Source: Ancylonema sp. | Lineage: Eukaryota | Length of the DNA: 64,000 nt | NCBI GenBank assembly: GCA_050230475.1 | Contig: JBFLGF010000166.1 | Span: 1 to 64,000 of the forward strand | Direction: 5' to 3' | Part shown: one piece after another, positions 1 to 19,088 of the stretch | Layout: each line of letters starts with the position of its first letter | How positions within the stretch are numbered: the stretch's first letter is position 1 | The notes under the pieces: generated by a model | Told to the model about the DNA's origin: nothing | Databases searched by the model: none | What the model saw: the letters and a program-made list of their open reading frames with translations, nothing else | Program-made: the position numbers and the translations under genes

Positions 1-1687
1 TGACAACACAAGAAGTCAGCATAAAAATCAATTACCTTGAAAAAGTCATGGGTCAAAAGTGACATCTGGTGTGCAGCACAATCCATTGTGAAGATATCTA
101 GCCGGGTCTCCACGATCTTCCGTCTTGGCGACTTGCAGTTTGATGCCGCGTTCGAGACTATGGCAAACACCTTCACGTTGTGGTCCTCCAGCTTCTTCAA
201 CACCTCTGTCGTTTTATCGGCAAGATACTCACCCGTCTCGGAGTCAGCCGTCACAGTCATGCTCTCGAAGGAAAAATCGTGAACATGGACAACGAGGTCA
301 ATAATGTAAGTCCTTGCAAAACTGCGATAACACCGACAGCATAGCGTAAATACCTCACGGTCGTCGGCCATAACGACGTAGCCGAGGACATTCTGGCGAT
401 TGACGTTCTTCCAAGAGTCAAACCCCAATTTTACACCTGCGGCATTCAAATCAGCTTTGTCACATGAATTCGGTAGTATGTAAGTAATGACATTAATGCG
501 CGAGAACAAGATGTACTTGCGACTTCCGACAGCTTCGACCACATCTCGTCATCCACTCGCATTGCTGCCGGGTCAAGTGCAAGACCCGCCAATGTTCTTC
601 GACTCGGCAACTCCATCTCCGGACGAACGAACTTGAAGAGGGCTTTTGTGCTCCCCTTCTCCACAAACGTGAACGCCAAATTGTTCTCCACGATGACCTC
701 AAGCACTTTGTTTTCAAGCTCAATCTTCTCCGCTGGAGTCAGCTTCGCATCCTTGGTAAATGGAATCTTCCTCTACACTTGCCCTTCCTGTGGTCTCTCG
801 TCCCTACCCCTTTTCTCTTTCCTATTGAACCCCCTCAGGTACACCTTGATTGTTGTTTTGGTTTGTTCATCCTTGAAATGTGTGTAACTGGCCAAGTGTC
901 TGGCCATGTCTCTTCTGATTCCGTTGCAGGTGTAGTCTTTGTTGCCCTCTAACAAACCGCCTTTTGCTTTGCAGTGTACGCAATCTGCCTTCGGAGTTCT
1001 GCCATGGTTTCACATACCGACTAATACACCTTTCCCGTTGCTTCCCTTTGGACCTTTCTTATAGTCACCACCTTTACTACCGGGAGGAAACTCCACATAC
1101 GCGAAGTTCTCGTCGAAGAAAACGGCGTCTAGATCAATATCAGAAATCACGCCACGCTCTACACAACCTCCAGTCTCTGCATCTGCCACCTCCATGTCTT
1201 CCAGGTCCAAACCGAAGATCACCGATCTGGATTTCGCTGTATCACACGGTATGAATCATGTTTGTGGTACCATATCAGTGTTGTTTCAAACTAGACGGGT
1301 GCTCGCTACTTACGTGTTTTTCATGTTCCAGATACTTCCATCAACGAAGTATCCAGAAGTTCCACGTGATTCATGGAACTTCTGGTCATCCTCCTTTCGC
1401 TTCCTATGCGGAGTTTACGGTTTCTCGTCCCGTATAATGCGCAGAATAACCGGAAAGTTTTCGATTCCCTACCGTTTCCTACCGTTCCCTACCGATCCCT
1501 ACCGTTCCCTACCGTTTCCTACCGCTCCCTACCGATTATTTCCTACCGCCCTACCCCCTACCGAGCCAGCCGCGGTTGGGCTAATTTCCCTACCCTCTAC
1601 TGCATATTTGAGCATCGGTAGCTATCGCGGTAGCTACCGCGGTGAAACGGTAGGCGGTAGGGCGGTAGGGCGGTGTCGCCAACCCTA
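1..1687 (-). mobile_element. hAT DNA transposon, 5' part (truncated by window start), with degenerate intron-containing transposase
   Basis: Terminus TAGGGTTGGCGACAC on the minus strand from 1687, with subterminal CTACCG repeats at ~1470-1680. Minus-strand translation gives a BED-finger remnant (DCVHCKAK...RHL), VENNLAFTFVE..LPSRRTL, GVKLGFDSWKNV, IVSNAASN and CAAHQ (hAT CxxH), with frameshifts. Confidence 0.85.
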
Positions 1688-1775
1688 GTCGGGACTAGAC
1701 AACTTTCGAGAGACTACGAGTTGTCCTTTTTAAAGCGCCATGACAACTTCTAGGCAATGTTGTCCGCGAGGACTA

Positions 1776-4157
1776 CAGTAAACCCTTGATATAGTGACAA
1801 TTTTATAGACAGTGGAAAATAATGACACTATATCGAATGTCAGGGGTGTTACTATACACTATATAGTGACATTTGATAAGGCTACATTGAGCCAATGTCA
1901 CTATATCGAAAAAAAGTGAATTTTAGGTTATTTTGAGCAACCGGATCGGGTGCGGAGAGTTTTACTGACGTACCTATAGAGATCGATGACGTTCCTACAC
2001 GTGCGACTAGTAAGGCAGCCTCAAACATGCTAAGGACACATGCGGACACGTGCGGATAGAGACCCGAACACGTTCCGAACAACATAGCAAGCAAGCGCTA
2101 ACTACTTTTATCACATCACACATGACGTGTTGTTTGAAGTCGGCCGCCCGGAATGATATTCTTCATACTTTGACTTCTCTCTTTGTGAACTGAAGTTCTC
2201 TCTTTTGTTGTCCTCATAACTTCTTCTTTTCTAAGTTCCGAATGTTGATCATCTCATATAGTCACAATCTTGTATCGATAAATGTTGGTAATCGCTCATA
2301 AAGTCACAATGTGGTATTGTGTTTCTCTCACTAAGTAGTCTTGCAGATTGAGTCTCTGCTGAGATATCAATATTATATCTATCACACGTCTCAGCGGTCT
2401 GGTGAAATTCACTACTTAACGCCGAGGTAATAGATAAGGTTTACAAAAGTCTGTGAAAATACTTTAAACAAACAAGATAGTCTGGTGCAGACTATCAAGG
2501 TTAACAGCCGTAAGAGTTACTTTCGGTGCAAAAGCCAAGTATCGACGGCGCGTCGATAAAAGATGCTGGCTCAGAAAGAGCGCCAGCAGACAGGTGTGTA
2601 AACAACAAATGCTGGCTCGGAGCGAGCGACAACAAACACACACACACAAATGAAATTGCCGGTTCGGAGCGAACACAAAAAAATCGACAGATGCTTTACG
2701 CACACACACACACACGCTTGCTGGCTCAGAGAGAGCGTCAGCGAATCGATGTAAGAAATTACAGTCGATTAACAAGCTGGCTCAGAAAGAGCGTCAGCAA
2801 CCGATTCAGATGAATCAGATCAAATACACACACACACAGATTGCAAAGAATGGTTTGCAATCTTACCGGCTCGCTGACGGATGTCAGGCTGAGTCGGAAG
2901 ACAAGCACGTTGCGAAGTCGCGTAAACGAAGGAATGCAATATTCACAGAATTGCGAAGGATTTAGATAACACAGAAGATTGTTGGAAGGGATTTCTTAAC
3001 AGCGCAATGACAGCGGAAGCTGGCAGATCTGAAAGTACAACTTGACTTTTATCTCAAAAGTTGTTGCGCGGTGCTAACCGGCATAGTTAACTAGAGTTAA
3101 GCTATCGAAGATAGCGACAGGCTGGCTTCTAGAACATTACATCATCTCGGCGCTTCGATGAAAGCGGCGCGAGATATTCCTCTAGTTCTACGGCTGGATT
3201 TAATAGCCGGAATCATCGACAAGTTGAAAGAGACTTGTGATTTTAACAAAATCGACACGCAACTATTTGTTGAAGACTGCTCGATTCTAGACTTCGGAAA
3301 ATACGCCACGCGTTATTTTCGAGTCGTACAAATTTCGTACTTTACTATTTTTCTTGTAAAGTACTAGTTCTAGAAAACCGTTATGTTGAACACTCTTGTT
3401 ATATCAGAGTATTAATCTAGAGGGGTTTCTGAACAATCTAGAGGGGTTCCGCCTTAGTGATCTCTAGCGTCATGACACACATAGCATTACACACAACCAA
3501 AACTCACATGCCTCGCGAGACTTCATACATGCAGTTTGATTTTACTACTATCCAAGGCAATGGAGACCTTGGTCGCCCAGAAACGCCGGGAGCTGGCAAT
3601 CTATTCGGCTAATGGGTTCCTGCCAACCTCTACGCACAACTCAACGCGGCGGTATCAACACACAGAGTAATGCAAGACACGTGCGAGGCGATGATAGAAG
3701 TTCCGGGAAGTTATCAGAAAAGTTAGGGTACAACGCTACTCCTGGCCCTATTTTAGTGCTGTGGGTGAGGCACCCCCGCACGTACGAAATCAGCGGCAAA
3801 CTCTAGGAGCGTAAAAATATTAAAATAAAATTATTATCATTAATTATTATTATTTATTATTATTTTAATATTAAATATTAAAATATGAATTCAAGCAGGT
3901 CATTAATTTAATATGAATTATTTTCTATAAGATTTGGGCGGTTATTAATTATCACAACGTTAATTTAGACAAGTTTCACTCTACAGTGACATCTCAATAA
4001 TAAAATATGCGAAAATTTAGTCACTATAACGTGTGTCACTATAGCGATTGTTACTATATCGAGTGGGTTTTTATATAGGATTAGAAAAAGGGCATTAAAA
4101 ATGTCACTATATCGTGACTGTCACTATATCGAGTGTCACTATATCAAGGGTTTACTG
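1776..4157. mobile_element. Non-autonomous Tc1/mariner (pogo-like) element
   Basis: Perfect 24-bp TIRs CAGTAAACCCTTGATATAGTGACA / TGTCACTATATCAAGGGTTTACTG, TA on both flanks, and repeated GTCACTATA subterminal motifs. No transposase seen. Confidence 0.85.
2123..3477. mobile_element. Solo LTR nested in the pogo-like element
   Basis: TG...CA ends with 4-bp TSD CACA. Homologous along its length to the LTR segments of the element at 56334-59440 (TGACGTG start, GACAGCGGAAG.TGGCAGATCTG, GATCTCTAGCG.CATGA end). Confidence 0.75.
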
Positions 4158-7100
4158 TACTGAGTAGTCTTTCAGACTAACGAATCAGAGGCCATGAGAT
4201 GACGCGGCTCAGATCTCGTCGAAAAAAATAAACGACCGCGATGAACATCCCGGTGACGATTCGAAAAAGTAAAATATTGACGGACGGATGGATGTTGGTA
4301 AATTCTGAGCGACAAATCCCGTCGTACGTTGCGCTCTAATTTTACGACCTCAAACGAGCCACATCTACATTGTCCCAAGCGGATCTAATGATTGACGGTC
4401 ACGATGCTCCGCCTGAAGCGAAAGTGCTGAGGTGGCAGTAGTCCGCGATCTAGTCCCTGATCATAGTGCGGCGACAAAATTTGGCGAGCCAATGCCCCGA
4501 TGACAGCTAGTCTGCGAGGACAACTCGGGCGGTTAACCTGGACTACTCGTCGAGTTGTCCAAAAGTAGTCCGACCATATTTGATGCTCTAAGCTTGGGTT
4601 TCGGACGTTGTACATGGCTGCGACTACGCAGTTCAATTGACGTTGTAACGAACATTCTGTTTTGGCGGTACAGAATCCGCCAGGTATATCGTCTAAACGC
4701 GAACGGGGTGACACGTACCGGTATACTGGGAATTCGTTATCCCTGAACCCCACTGCATTCTGAAAACGGTGCCAGTCTTTTCGCCGCCACCAGAAAGGCA
4801 CAGATCGAGTTCGGCGGAGCGGTGGTCAGACAAAACTTCCACGCCAGATTTCTTTTTTCCGCAGACGACTGCATGAGAGCATAGCTTATGGGACTGAGGA
4901 TTCGCCGAGTTTAGTTGGGGAGAAATGTACAAATACTGTACGGGCTTTTCAAAATCCCCAACCTGAAACAATTGAATTTGTACGGTATGCCTCTTCGTAC
5001 TGCTTATGGGAGCTCCGCCGATCTCAAATTCAGTGCCACGGTGGCGCACGACGACGCATCGTATCTCGAACAATCATTACCATACATTCCATCGGCGGTT
5101 AGGATTAACTTTCGGGACCGGAGTACCGCATCCAACGCATCATAATTAAGGTCCCTAGATTCTGTAGGTATTTTTCGGGAATAGCCGTCTCCTATTGGTT
5201 GCGGGAGCTACGCTCTCATTTTAAAATTAGACGTACGGACAGCGTCCTTTTCAGGCTGGCTATTCCGGTACATTCTACACATCATCTAGGATGATAACGG
5301 GACATAACGAAGACCTCCATAAATTGCATAATAAAAAATAAACGCATCATAAAATAGAGTAGGACGTAGTGTAACATTGAAGGCCTACCAAGGCTAGAGC
5401 GTTCATAAGACGATTGTTGGAGTTTTTTTGAAAAATTTGTACTATGTGCCTGAAGGGGAATGGGGGGAGAATACTGACAGAACTCCAAACTCCTTCCGGC
5501 ACAGAATCGCACGTCCCACAGGGATGAGGGTAGATATAAATATATAGAAAGCATGATGGGTTGTAGTAGGGGGCCTAATACGAAACATTAAAAAAAAATC
5601 AATACCGAACGCGATTTTTTGGTCCTTGTGGAGTAATTGGTGGCCCCCCCTCTTACTCTACCCTTCACACCCCCCACAAACAGAGCGAATCTCGCAAAAT
5701 TTTCCAAAAATATTCAGCGAAAACGCGAAAATAAGCCAATGATTACACGACACGTCAGCGAGGACGTGGCAGCAGAACTTGAAGAAACGTCGAAATCGTC
5801 AAAACTTGCGGAATCAGCCAATCAGAGAAGAAAGAATGGCTGACGTGTACAAATGTACGGGCCACGTCAACTATTTCGAACGGATTGAAAGTGACTGAAT
5901 ATACTTATGTCTTATGAAAATACCTAAGTAACGTCGGCGAAAAACTCAAAAAATATTCAAAACTTTCAACAATTGTTTGATGGAGTTTAGATGATTTCCA
6001 CCTGGAAACCGAAATTTGCCACCTTCCGTAGTGGCCAACTATAACACCCCACCATTTTCCCCTAACAATATCCTAATTCTCCTCCCCCCCTTTACCCCAA
6101 CACACAATAATTATTTATCGAGACCCCACGGCCTTCCCCCATACCATTTTTAGATGTTCATTACATTACCCCAGCGACTTAATACCCCGACGCGGCAACG
6201 GATTTTAATTAATTTGAGGACTCTAAATGGACACAGTAATAGTCCTTATATCCAACAATAAGGTAGTTGTAATAGGTGACAATCGCGCATCAAGACGCCC
6301 ATAATCGTGTCCCCGGCAAAATTCCAAGTTATTCAAGCAGTCGTCGCCACCGCCGCTATTACCCCGGCTGGCACCCGCAAGTCCCAAAAAAAGAATTGCC
6401 GAAGCTTCTTAATACCCCAAAATCGAAAATCTTCAATTGAGTTCCTCACCCCACCTTAATTATTTTTTATATAGTGATTAGTGGGGTATTCTAGTTGGCC
6501 GGTATGGTACCTCCTACCCCCTAACTCCTATCCGCTTCAAGAACCGCGCGGGTCTCGTCCTACGGGTGGGCTACTTCCTACCACAAACCGAAAATGGGTG
6601 GGAGCCAACACTACTTTTAATGGAGGAAAGAGGATGGACCTTTTTTTTTTTTTTTTTTTGGTCAGAAGACAAAATGATCACGGAATAGATTATCCGGATT
6701 TATGACATTTCAGAAAAAAACCCTTAGAACCTTAAAGTAATAACAGAAAACTTCGTTGGGTCCTAAGCAAGCTTGTTCGGGCTATGTCCCGCATTTGACC
6801 TGGACACCGTTTGTCCCGGACATGTCCGGAGCCAGCAAGGGAAATAACAATTAAAAATAATGGGCGTCATATCTAGCCTTTTTCATGAGTTTGTTGTTTG
6901 GCAGGGTGTCCGGGTCCGAGACGTGTCCGGCCCCGGACATGTGAGGGGCCAACAACTATTATAAGCACGTACCATTCTACCGCCGGCCGAGGTTATTGGC
7001 CTCCAAGGATAGACTCCGGTCCGAGTCAAATCCTGGGAACCCGGTCAGGCTTCAACTTTGCCTTAGGATCGTGGTGTTTGTAAATCCGGATTATTCTTCG

Positions 7101-7930
7101 GGTTTGTCTTGTGGAGAGTGCCATCCATGTCCGACCTAACTTGTTTATTGCAGCGGGATTGCAATTTTGGGCATGATTTAAAGAGTGTGAATTTTGGGCA
7201 TGATTTAAAGAGTGTGACATGAAAACTTGTATTCGTTGTGGTATGGTGCTCATTTTGAAGCATCCGATTGATATCGTTTTTCGTCGATCACTATGCATCA
7301 CACACAAAGCAAAGCTCGAAAATGTAAAGACTCCCGATAGATGCTTAGACCATACGTCTAGACGTACAAACGGACACCTCGTAGCATAACACCGCAACAA
7401 GCCCCTCATAACAAAAAACTACGCATTCTCTCGTGAATGACCCACAACTATCCACTCGTCAAAAACTATGAGGCCCCTAGACACCATATTTAGTGCAATT
7501 CACGTCGCTATCGATTGCCACAAACGGAATCAAAATCTTGTCAGCCACGGAAATGACTTGCTTGTGTGAATCAACAATCCGCGTTCTTTTCACTACTCCA
7601 CATGAGGTAGTTCCTACTTTCTAAATGCACCCACTTCTTCACGATTCGGACGCTCTCGGTAGCCTCGACACCCCTCCTGTCGAACTGCAAGAGACAAGCA
7701 CGACGCGAAATCGTCAACAATCTTCAATGGTGAAAGTGGCCTCGCACTTCAAATCCGATTTCAAACAACTATATCCATCTCCTCCTCCCACTATTTGAGC
7801 CACACAGGTACGCGTCACCCCAAACATTGCACAATGGCACCCAAGAGTTACCTGTCGGTGTAAATCAGGATTCAAGCTTCTCCTTCCCTCCACCCCTCTC
7901 GACTCCATGAACGATTCCCGCTGTCTGTCC

Positions 7931-14350
<6,420 letters not shown>

Positions 14351-14974
14351 AATACGCTGAGTTTTTTAACAAGCGCGAAACAGGTTTGAGGCTGATACGA
14401 ATAAAAAAATCACTGGTGTTGACTGAAGGCGAGGGTGCGACTTGTTTGAAAAAATACAAGGATGACAAAAGTACTTCACAATGAATTCATGCAACTGCAA
14501 ACTGTATGTATTATCCCTTTTGAAAACATTCAAAGAAGATATTCAGGCTTCGAATTCCTTCGTGAAAGCAACCAGGAAAACTACCAGGAAACCACCGGGA
14601 ATTACCAGCCCTAGTAGTACCAGGGAACAGAGAGCAACAAACAAGTTCAGGCGATCATTCAGCCAAGTCGGGCAAGTCGGCGGGCCAATCAGCACTCATA
14701 CGTTTTCCCTTTTCAGCTCGTTGTAGCTACCACTTACGAAAATCATTTCCCGGTTTGACGTTAGTTTCTCATTGGTTTTTCGTTACAAACGTTTCTGGCT
14801 CCCCGAAGACGCTTAGAACGACCCCTACGATCCCGATTCGGCCTGTCATGTCATAACTGACGACCAGAAAGTCGCCATGGTCAGCCTTCAGCCAGACGTA
14901 CCGATGATAATGATTATTCCACACTTCTAACTCCCAACTCCACTTCCAGGGAGTGACCCGAACGACGTCGAATC
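14351..14974. promoter_or_regulatory. Putative bidirectional promoter between CHD3 and the WBP2-like gene
   Basis: Divergent ATGs about 620 bp apart; CCAAT at ~14685 and ATTGG at ~14771 in opposite orientations. Confidence 0.5.
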
Positions 14975-16830
14975 ATGTCAATAAATCCGCCTGTCACCGA
15001 TTCTAGTCAGCCTATCCTGTTTCCTGGCGAGCTGTTTCTCACATCTGCTTCGGAGACCTCTTTTCAGGTGGAAAGCGGAGGGTAAGAATCACTTCTCAGA
15101 CAAACCGCGAATTCAGGAATAACATGACACGCAATTCCTGGAGCTACTTTAGACACGACGAACGTCCACGTGCCTGTGTGAGATGAGCTGAGCACCCCTG
15201 TTTCGGCGATGTCATGAGTCGGAGTGTTCGGAGTAGAGCATCGATCGTGTGTAAACGCGATTCCTGATGCGATTGTATGCACGATTCGGCAGGCCCACAA
15301 ACGCATCCTTGGAAGCTGCAGACAGTTAGTGGTGCACTGATTTCGACGATGATCGATGATCTGCGCTCGTGGTGTTTTGTGGCCGGCAGGGGGTATCCTG
15401 GAGACAGCAACAGATTTTATGGTAAAGGCAATGCCTACCTTACAGACTTGAGGCTTATTCTGGTGACACAGCCGCTGCAACCTACTGGCTTCCAGGGACT
15501 ACAACTTCCTCTCATTCAGATACGAGGGGAACGGGTAGGTGCTCAGGATTCGAATTTATAGAATCTATATGGACTTATATCGGCGCTGGAGGGATTGGAA
15601 TATATTTGTACCTCGGGCGTGCTATGTTTATATGTTTGCCATTTAAAAGTGGATTTTTTAACCGACTGTGCAATGGAAATCGCTGTGTGCAGCTACAGTG
15701 CCCTTTCGTGGGTCGGAAAACTATTGTTGGGCAGGTGGATCTGGTAAGCCCCTGCTGTTCACTGCTCCATTCTAGAAAACCATTCGCGTGCGTGGTTAGG
15801 GCATATAGTACATGGCTCTGTCGTGCGGATTGAGCGGGTTCCTGTCGCCACTGTTCAGCATCAAGGCGGTGTGGTAAAGAGCAGCGTCTGATTCTCAACT
15901 TGTGTGAAGTGCAGGCGGTCGGAGCTGGACTCTTTGAGCAAGGAGAATTCAAAGTAGCCTTCACACATAGAGGAGCAGAAGACTTGTACCTCAAACTCAC
16001 CACTGCATTGGAGCAGTGAGTGAAATAATGCAGTGTCACCTCTGCCATTAACGTTGCCGCCTCAGTAGTATACCTATTCCAACTTGATATGGATGCCAGC
16101 TATGGTCTGAGTATCTCAAGCCAGTTCAATGGTGGAGATCCAGGTCCTATGTCACTCCAGTTATGAACATCGAAGTAGGTTCTTCTCTAGCTCAGACACT
16201 CTTTGAGGCCATCCTGGTGGACCATACAGAGTACGAAGCGATCCTGGAGGACACCTTCGGAGATGGTACCAATTTCAAAGAGCACAGCGAGCCAGAGCCA
16301 ATCCAGGTAGGATCACTACAGCGGCAGTGACTAAATGTTCCTAGATAGACCCATGCAAACAAGTGTTAGACAGGAGTGCATGCAGCACTTGGAGCTGGTG
16401 CTGCCTTGCTCAGGGAAAGTTCTCAAGTGATGGAGACCTGTGAAGGTGTGAATCTGCTAGCTTGCGCTCTGCCTGTGTACTCACGGTAAGGATCATTGCT
16501 TTGTGTTTACCAGGTCTACTGGAGAAGCAGGGTGAAGAGCGTCCCCGAGTTGCATTTATCAGTAAGACTCCTTGCCAGACTTGAAGTTCAGGTTGAGTTT
16601 GATCTTATCAGAAATCAGGAGTATCTTTCAACTATAGGAAATATTGGAGAAGGTTTGATTCTCTCAATGTCTTGGACCTGCCTTAGTGCTCATGATCACC
16701 TCCTTGGTGCTGCTGGTGGCTGCCATGGCCTCAGAATGTAGTATATTGCCGTGATGTACTTTCTTGTCCCACATTGCAGATCCTGAGAACGGCCTTGAGG
16801 CCTTTGTTGCATGTGACCCTACTACAAAGT
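14975..16830 (+). CDS. WBP2/GRAM-like (UPF0664-type) protein, multi-exon, last exon not resolved
   Basis: Exons translate MSINPPVTDSSQPILFPGELFL, GKGNAYLTDLRLILV..LQLPLIQIRGER, LQCPFVGRKTIVGQVDL, GEFKVAFTHRG and EAFVACDPT, resembling the plant WBP2-like family. Confidence 0.7.
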
Positions 16831-18680
16831 AAGTGCGCGCTTTTGCATCCTAATCACCGCATGAGGACAACAAGTGGACCAGTCAATATATGGGTTACCA
16901 ACCAATATTTTCCGAAGAACCAATTTTGTCGATCAATGAAACTAAGATCGTTGATCTCTGATATTGCTATGGGGGAGGAGAGACCATGTACCTTATGGCG
17001 TGGATGATGGTAGGACGAACGTTTATATTTTACATTTTGTAATAATCACCGGCATATGATAGCTTTCCATCACGTGGTGAAGAAGGCGCCACTAAAATGT
17101 CGAAATTCTTTTGTGTAAATCGAGACTTGCATTTAATCTGCTGGACTTTATTTATGTGTTCAGTAGCCAAGGCTTGAATTGTAGTTGAAGAGTGAGTGTC
17201 TAACATTCTTGATGTACTAGGAGAATTTGAGAAGGCATAGCAGATGATGAAACAAGACAATGTGTCATTGCTTTGTGTTTACACACAAAAAAGTTGCTTT
17301 ACTACATAGAAGCCAATAGCTAATATAGCCATACATCGTGTTGCATGTTGAATCGTGAATATTTATGTTGGGTTGGAGTCGGGTGTGTCCAACAATTCAT
17401 GTGCCGCATTTCTAAATCACCAGCGGAAAATTCACAATGTCAGAGTGAGCCATCACTTACGTAGAATGGAAGTACCGTACTAGCCAAACATAATGACCCT
17501 TAAGAAAGTAAAAAAAAAGGGTGGTTCTGGTCGAATTTAACAAATCTTTTTTTTGGGGGTGGGTCACGCCATAAATCCCGAAATCCCCCATAGTGGGTCA
17601 ACATAATAAAATGGATGCTATTCTATTTCTTCCATATAATACACATTTGGTAGTACGCCGGTCGCCCAAGATTCTATTTTGCTCTAGTAGCGGCTAAATC
17701 AATGGTCATTGGTTTTTTTTGCACAAAGTTCCGTTTTAGTTTGAACAATTAAGCATTGAAATGTGGAGTTGCGGGGGGAGGCCGTGTAGAAAACACGACA
17801 ACCTTTTGGAGAGTTTGTATCTTGTGCGATACACATAAGCATCAACATATTGTTTGTTATAACGTAAAAATGAGTACCTTCAATGTTTGAGAGTTCAAAT
17901 ATTTTTATTGGTTTTTTTGTTCTGGACATTAAATTCTACAGTGTTGCTTTCCCAAAGGATGGAATCATAATACATCCAGTGTTATCGAAGCTTACCATAC
18001 AATAATTTGCAACCACCAACTCGAATGTTGTCTCATTGTGAATTCGAAGCATTACTCATGTTACGAATATCTCCACACACCCACTCACTCACTACTAACT
18101 ACTCCGTCACGCCTCACTGCGCACTACTCACTACTCCATCACAATCAACTCTTCACTATTCTTGGACCTCTACTATGAATTAGCTACTTTTGAAGAAGTC
18201 GCTTCTGTCCTTTCGGACTTTGTCATCGTTTTTTTTACTACCGGACATGTTTTCATGACGATCAGCGACAAAGTCTAACAATACATGACAAGGCTAACAA
18301 TTTGTGTCGAGTTCTGACGATATACTAGAGGGCCGAAATCTAGAGACAACAACTCCCTCCGCTTCTTTCACCCAAGGGTTTGAACATTTCTACTACCGTT
18401 ATTTATGCGGTACGGGTGCGGTAAAAAACACACGTTGTTTTAAGTGGGTTGTTTTGCTTTCCGGGTCACTTTGGAAAGGCCGTGTGACTAGTGTACGTAT
18501 CAACGGTAATTCATCGATCAACAGTTGGCAAAACCGTAAGTTTTTTGCCTCGAGTGTGGATAACCACAAAAATGGAGTGCACATAACAGTTTCCCAACTT
18601 TATTTGTTCATAGATGTTATTATTAATTAACTATACTTAATGGACGGTAAAATAGAAGGCGGGGCGGGGAAGTACACAAT

Positions 18681-19015
18681 TAGGGTTGGCGACACCACCC
18701 TACCGCTCTACCGCCGTACCGCTTACCGTTTACCGCGGCACCTACCGCGGCCATATATGCATAAGGGGGTAGGGAATCAAGTCGAGAGGTTTTTTTTTTT
18801 TGCAACTATTATTTAGCGTTGAAGGGGCTAAATACCCTACCAATTCCTATCGCTCTCTACCGTCTCCAAACCGATTTCCTTACCGCCTACCGTTGACTTA
18901 TCCTCTACACATGCCCAAACGGGCTGGGCACCATTTCCTAATGGAAATCGGGAGGGGGTAGGTACCCGTTAGCTACACCCAACCGCGAACCAGAAATGCG
19001 GTCCCACCAACCCTA
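18681..19015. mobile_element. hAT MITE related to the element at 1-1687
   Basis: Starts TAGGGTTGGCGACACC and ends CCAACCCTA, with the same CTACCG subterminal repeats. No intact TSD. Confidence 0.75.
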
Positions 19016-19088
19016 GTGATAAGTATCGGGTTTTATATCAAATGCAAAAACGCATGAGGGTTGACACCCGCGGGGCCAACAATTGCTA

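Noticed and set aside
2560..2800. CRISPR-like repeat-spacer pattern (also 56890-57010)
   Set aside because: Only a few degenerate units inside LTRs, in a eukaryotic context with no cas genes.
5200..7000. Possible further TE ends (GGACA/TGTCC-rich block at 6770-6960, similarity to 55600-55740)
   Set aside because: I could not define paired TIRs or TSDs with confidence.
7163..7216. 27-bp tandem duplication AATTTTGGGCATGATTTAAAGAGTGTG
   Set aside because: A simple two-copy slippage duplication with no further structure.
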